Shown here one piece after another: positions 59,901 through 64,000 of a stretch of DNA of 64,000 nt. The position numbers were made by a program, and so were the translations under genes. The notes under the pieces were generated by a model. That model ran no database searches. It was not told the origin of the DNA and saw only the letters and a list, made by a program, of their open reading frames with translations. Source of the stretch: an uncultured Bacteroidales bacterium (GTDB lineage: Bacteria; Bacteroidota; Bacteroidia; Bacteroidales; VadinHA17); the NCBI GenBank assembly GCA_963840965.1, contig CAWJAW010000009.1:256487-320486 (forward strand). The letters run 5' to 3'. The first letter of the stretch is position 1. Each line of letters starts with the position of its first letter.

Positions 59901-61202
59901 CGAACCCGCAACAGTGACGGTATAGGTTCCGGGAGCTAGGCCGGTAAGAACTATTGAAATCTCACTGGTTGTGGTTGTTGCATTGTCTGTTCCCGCGATC
60001 CACGAGAAATCCCAGATATATTCGATTGCTGTGGCAACATTTGAAACATCGAGGTTAAGGGTTCCGTTGCGGCAGATGTTCGTTGCCCCCGATACGAATG
60101 CCGGAGCTGTTGTGGGCGGACCAGGGTTGACTGTTACCGGATAGGGAGTTGTTGTTCTGTTACATCCTGTAGCTGTGATTGTCTCAGTGACGGTAACGCT
60201 TCCGTTGCCAACGGTACTCCATCTTATGGTTACCGAATTGCCGGTAGAAGCTCCAACGAATGTTCCGAGAGAGGTTGACCATGAATAAGTATGGTTCGCA
60301 ATGAAAGGAGTGGTGTAGGTTTCCTCGTCATTCTGGCAGACATTGTTAGGGCCGGAGATAACAGGATCGGGCAGCGGATTGACGACCACGTTGACAGTTG
60401 TGGTTACCGGCGATCCGCATCCGAATGTTGCTGTACGGCGGTAGCGGTAAGTCCCCGGAGTGTTCATTGTCTCGCTGAAAGTGGCTGCCGAGCCGGTCAG
60501 CGATGTCCATGAAGTGTATGGAGAAACAGCTCTTTCCCAGCTGTATACCGGACCGGATGATGCCGGTGTTCCGGTAAATGCTGATGTTGAATTCGTTATG
60601 CTGACCGTACCCCCGGCGCATATTTGAGCTCCGCTTATTGCACCCGCATTATGTGTAATGGAATACACTGTTACATCGGCTGTGGTGCTTACAGGCGATC
60701 CGCAGCCGAATGCAGCTGTGCGCCGGTAGCGGTAATAACCGGGTGTTGCGATTGTCTCGGTAATGGTGGCTCCTGTACCCGGACGTGCCGTCCATACCGT
60801 GAAAGCCGGACCGGGCGCTCTTTCCCAGCTGTATGTTGGTCCCGATGATGCAGGTGTACCGGTTGAAGCATCTGAAGCGCTTGGTATGGTGAACGAGCTT
60901 CCGGCGCAGGCGGTGGTATTGGAAATGGAGCCGGGATTATGAGTTGTTGAAAAGACATTGTATGTCTGTTGTTGTGGACACAGTCGAACCGCATCCGAAG
61001 GTTGCCCTGCGCTGGTACCTGTAAGTACGCCGGAGTATTCAGGGTTTCGGTGTAAGTCCTCGCCGGAACCAGCAGGTTTGTCCATGTTGAAAACGGACCC
61101 GGCGCCCTTCTCCAGCTGTAGGTTGGTCCTGCCGAGGCAGGGGTGCCTGTGTTGCGGCGTAACTTTGCTATAGTGATCAGATTTCGCCGGGACAGACATC
61201 AT
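57837..61202 (-). CDS. giant adhesin fragment (~95-aa tandem modules)
   Basis: 1121 aa with about 8 modules ..CSD..LGF.L.....S..A.SYNIT.IN.NGLTASAGSPA.G..L.A.VIADDAWTN.T..PVNVVY.VVPV...GC.G....MTITVNPEP. Confidence 0.85.
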   Translation of the reverse strand: MMSVPAKSDHYSKVTPQHRHPCLGRTNLQLEKGAGSVFNMDKPAGSGEDLHRNPEYSGVLTGTSAGQPSDAVRLCPQQQTYNVFSTTHNPGSISNTTACAGSSFTIPSASDASTGTPASSGPTYSWERAPGPAFTVWTARPGTGATITETIATPGYYRYRRTAAFGCGSPVSTTADVTVYSITHNAGAISGAQICAGGTVSITNSTSAFTGTPASSGPVYSWERAVSPYTSWTSLTGSAATFSETMNTPGTYRYRRTATFGCGSPVTTTVNVVVNPLPDPVISGPNNVCQNDEETYTTPFIANHTYSWSTSLGTFVGASTGNSVTIRWSTVGNGSVTVTETITATGCNRTTTPYPVTVNPGPPTTAPAFVSGATNICRNGTLNLDVSNVATAIEYIWDFSWIAGTDNATTTTSEISIVLTGLAPGTYTVTVAGSNGCGTGPWMTPAHSFNINDIPDLASLSNTVCSDEVSAITFSISNPGATITGLTYNIASISMNSLTPSAGSPATGTAFAANVIADDAYTNKTSANVNVIYSVVPVSSQGCAGNAENVTLTVRPEPVLANLSTSKCSDEALGFSLSVAAGSSPAASYNITAINNNGLTASAGSPAIGTALAANVIADDAWRNLSNAPVNVVYSIVPVGTNGCTGDTYSMTITVNPEPSLATLNATRCSDEPLGFNLAVATGSVPAASYNITSINANGLTASAGSPATGSVLPANVIANDAWTNTTASPVNVIYTVVPVSAAGCLGDPRTITITVNPEPSLANLSNAVCSDAPSGITLAVAGTSVPAAAYNITSINDGGLISSAGSPAVGNGLLAGVIADDAWTNKTAANVNVVYTVVPVSAAGCAGNPVDVTLTVRPEPVLANLDRSICSDAAFGFNLSLALGSSPAASYNITAINANGLTASAGSPASGTGLAATVIADDAWTNTTNAPVNVVYSIVPVGVNGCSGDTYTMTITINPEPVLASLNTTRCSDEALGFSLATAAGSVAASSYNITSINANGLTASAGSPAPGNGLAANVIANDAWTNTTSGPVDVVYTVVPVSASGCPGNPMTVTITVNPEPVLANLNTTLCSDAPLNFNLATASGSVAASSYNITSINPNGSYRISGFPCARQRTSQAV

Positions 61203-61539
61203 TGCCGTCTATTGCGCCGGCATTACGGGCTGTTGAAAACACGGTTACATCGACTGTTGTTGTAACGGGAGTTCCGCATCCGAAGGTTGCAGTACGGCGG
61301 TATCTGTAGACACCTGGGGTGTTCATTGTCTGGCTGAAGGAGGCGTTGGTGCCGGTAAGACGTGTCCATGTGCCGAAATGGGATACGGTAGCCCGGTGCC
61401 AGCTGTAATACGGGACCCGATGATGCCGGTGTGCCTGTTGTGGCTCTGCATCATTTGCAATAGACGACCGTTTGTCCTCTGCATATGTCTGAGCTTGTAA
61501 TCGAACCGGCGTTATGGCTTGTCGAATATACGGGGACAT
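61177..61539 (-). CDS. giant adhesin fragment
   Basis: Contains ..YRYRRTATFGCGTPVTTTVDVTV.., a motif repeated in the flanking fragments. A short frame island between breaks. Confidence 0.6.
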   Translation of the reverse strand: MSPYIRQAITPVRLQAQTYAEDKRSSIANDAEPQQAHRHHRVPYYSWHRATVSHFGTWTRLTGTNASFSQTMNTPGVYRYRRTATFGCGTPVTTTVDVTVFSTARNAGAIDGNDVCPGEI

Positions 61540-62983
61540 CGACAGTGGTGGTTACCGGTGTGCCGCATCCAAAAGTTGCAGTACGGCGGTAGCGGTACAC
61601 TACCCGATGTTGCCATGGTTTCACTGAAGGTTGCGTTGGTGCCCGTGAGAGCTGTCCAGACTTGTATAAGGGCGACACGGACCGGTGCCAGCTGTAAGTG
61701 GGTCCGGATGATGCCGGAGTGCCTGTGGAAGCGGCTGTGGTACTTGTTATATTGACGACGCTCCCCGGACAAACGCCCGATCCGGCTATTGTACCCGGAT
61801 TATGAGTGGTTGAATAGACAGCAAGCGTTATGTCTCTGTCATTCGAGTTACACCTTGGATCCGTGACATAACGCAGGAAAACGCTTATGTCCCTGTTTCC
61901 GGTTGTTGATCCGACATTTACGGTGATCTGGCGGGTGCCCTGTCCTGATGCTATGGTAAGGCCCGGACCGACGCTCCATACATACTCCATGGCCCCTCCG
62001 ATGGGCTTTGTCATTATTACGGCCGGAACGCTGTAAACAAGACCGTTTACATTCGGGCAGGTGCCGGTGGGACCGGTTATCGGACCGGGACGCTCGATTT
62101 CTTCCCTGATGGTAAGAGTGACCTCTGTGGCGGGGCTCATGCAGAACAGGCCGCTGGTTTCCTGGTCGGTTACCCAGAAAGTGTATACACCCGGGGCTGT
62201 TTGTGTAGGAATGTAAGTGTCGCCTGTTCCGACATCGTTTGTAAGAGCGGCATCCGAATACCATGTGAAAGTGCCTGCCGGGGCGCTTGTAACCTCGAGG
62301 GTCCGGTCCTCGCCAAAGCATATTGTGCGGCTTGGCGCTGTGGGGGCATCGGGAGCATCGACCACAAGTATCCTTATATGCGTAAAAACCGGCGGGTCGG
62401 CCGGGTAGGGGTTACACTTGTTCCAGTTGCGCAGGTAGACATCGAAGTATTCAGCTGCGCGGCAGTCGTCAGGGATAAGTATTGTCTGGCTGAGTTGGCC
62501 CGTGGCCGTTATCGGTCCTATTACCGGTAACTGCTCATAACCGTTGGCCGTTGTGGCAGGGTTAGCACCCCCGATGATTACGGGGGCGAGAGTGCCGAGT
62601 GTTGTTCCGATTGTGTTTTGGATGCCGCCTCCGTCGTCCTCACCGTACACCCACTGGATCGTTCTGGGTTCATCGTTCGGAGGAGCAGGAGTACCATCGG
62701 GGAAAGTAGGGTCCTGGCAGTTCCAGTCGCTTATATCCCTGAGGGTAATAATGTGCTGTGAGCCTTCGCAGACCTCAACAACAGCAGTCTCGCCTGAGGC
62801 AACATCCTCAATTATAATCTGACCGTCGTTGTCGCCCTGGTCGCGGCCATGGACATCGATCGGATAGGTTACAAGGCTTACCTCACCGCAGGGATTCCTG
62901 ACTGTAAGAGTGACATTATAAACGCAGTTGGATGCTGTTGTGTAGGTGTGTGTGAAAAAGCCAATGTGCTGTCGGAATATCAT
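61451..62983 (-). CDS. giant adhesin fragment (N-proximal)
   Basis: 510 aa of Ig/PKD-like content. The upstream sequence (..TTWSLNWGDGTTNTYTSTA) continues in another frame. Confidence 0.8.
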   Translation of the reverse strand: MIFRQHIGFFTHTYTTASNCVYNVTLTVRNPCGEVSLVTYPIDVHGRDQGDNDGQIIIEDVASGETAVVEVCEGSQHIITLRDISDWNCQDPTFPDGTPAPPNDEPRTIQWVYGEDDGGGIQNTIGTTLGTLAPVIIGGANPATTANGYEQLPVIGPITATGQLSQTILIPDDCRAAEYFDVYLRNWNKCNPYPADPPVFTHIRILVVDAPDAPTAPSRTICFGEDRTLEVTSAPAGTFTWYSDAALTNDVGTGDTYIPTQTAPGVYTFWVTDQETSGLFCMSPATEVTLTIREEIERPGPITGPTGTCPNVNGLVYSVPAVIMTKPIGGAMEYVWSVGPGLTIASGQGTRQITVNVGSTTGNRDISVFLRYVTDPRCNSNDRDITLAVYSTTHNPGTIAGSGVCPGSVVNITSTTAASTGTPASSGPTYSWHRSVSPLYKSGQLSRAPTQPSVKPWQHRVVYRYRRTATFGCGTPVTTTVDVPVYSTSHNAGSITSSDICRGQTVVYCK

Positions 62984-63142
62984 TGTCTAGCCGTTGAAGT
63001 ATATGTGTTTGTGGTTCCGTCGCCCCAGTTAAGGCTCCATGTGGTTCCGGCAAATATACCGGTTTTGTTTACATCTGTTTGTTTCCCGGGTGTTAAAGGA
63101 TCGGTATCAGGCAATTCGATTGTAAAAATTGCCAGCTGGCCT

Positions 63143-63388
63143 TTATTTACGCAGACCGAAGGAATGGGGAAGCCGGTAAGGAGGTAGACGGGGGGGCAGG
63201 GTGTAGTAGTTGCTCAAAACCTTACTGATGATGCTTGCAACAACACCAGATGAATTTGCTGCAACAAAAAAAACGGTATGAGTAGTATTTGCAAATGATT
63301 GATATTCAAAACCAGATTGAAGAACAGTATTTAGCCTGACCATCCACGTAATTGATATAACTGCTGTTAGATACAACCTGATAGGCAT
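63143..63388 (-). CDS. giant adhesin fragment (near N-terminus)
   Basis: An 81-aa frame island. Further upstream, a signal-peptide-like KVRRIILFLILFSLYSSAITFGQA is encoded from about 63634, with an ATG one frame off at 63644-63642. Confidence 0.45.
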   Translation of the reverse strand: MPIRLYLTAVISITWMVRLNTVLQSGFEYQSFANTTHTVFFVAANSSGVVASIISKVLSNYYTLPPRLPPYRLPHSFGLRK

Positions 63389-64000
63389 GGTTGAGAATCC
63401 GTTACCTGCCAGAGCCTTATATTATCAGATGCCGCATCCAGTGAATTATAGCTAGATACGACAATATAACTGTCCCTTGCATATTAATCCCATAATTACA
63501 GGTTATAGATAGAGGACCAGTCTGAAGGAACAGATGGTGGTATCCTGAAACCCAGGATGGAGCCTGCCCAAAGGTTATAGCAGATGAATATAAACTAAAT
63601 AAAATTAGAAATAGAATAATTCTTCTTACTTTAAGAATAAAGCATTTTGTAATATTAAAGGAATCGATGCTCCCATGTCAGGTGTGTTTAGGTTGCCTAT
63701 AATAATTTAGCCCCGCGGGTTGGGCTCCGGGGCTGGAAAACATTAATTTAAGGGTACAATGTATTGTCTATAGGCGGCCTTTTGTTTGGTTAGATATTAA
63801 CGGACAATTAGCGGGATTATTATACTTGAAATGAAAGGCGTAACGGCATTAAGGAATGAGGCTGCATTAAGGAAAGAATAGGAGAAGTGGAGAAAGGGTG
63901 AAAGCGTGGTGACCATCGCTCTAATATTTTACTAATTTTACACTTACATCATTTTGAAATGCCTGACTTCACTCTGAATACTTATTACCAGCTTCTCAAG

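Noticed and set aside
63959-64000. Possible start of a + strand gene at the right edge (MPDFTLNTYYQLLK..).
   Set aside because: Only 14 codons are visible, which is too short to support a call.

Overview
The window looks like a Bacteroidota chromosomal segment. Evidence: a T9SS type-B C-terminal domain, SprB-type repeats, a gldA-like ABC ATPase, asnS-rpoN and rbfA-FtsX-permease neighbourhoods, and a TAnnTTTG-type promoter.

Layout:
- 1-34 kb is mostly housekeeping: trpS, rbfA, rpoN, asnS, metK, cysS, ispG, rnr, and a metY-hom-metH-metF methionine operon behind a SAM-I riboswitch.
- 34-38 kb carries a four-gene PqqD / HprK-like kinase / S24-S26 peptidase / ABC exporter cassette. It resembles a RiPP locus but has no cyclase and no obvious precursor.
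- 38-46 kb is accessory: an IS200-like/RAYT transposase, OMP and lipoprotein genes, an AT-rich decayed stretch, and HEPN-MNT and AbiEii toxin-antitoxin modules.
- 46.2-63.6 kb (minus strand) is one giant SprB-repeat/Ig-like/PKD-like T9SS adhesin locus broken into at least 8 ORFs.

The most unusual property is that nearly every intergenic space is filled by mosaics of short tandem repeats (7-16 nt units) and GC-rich palindromes. These mosaics recur at distant loci. They bracket small selfish-looking genes: a four-helix-bundle/S23-IVS-like gene, a DUF559 endonuclease, the RAYT, an HTH protein and the TA pairs. In one case the bracketed DUF559 cassette is fused in frame to ispG.

All calls come from hand translation and motif recall. 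No searches were run, and repeat coordinates are good to about +/-3 nt.
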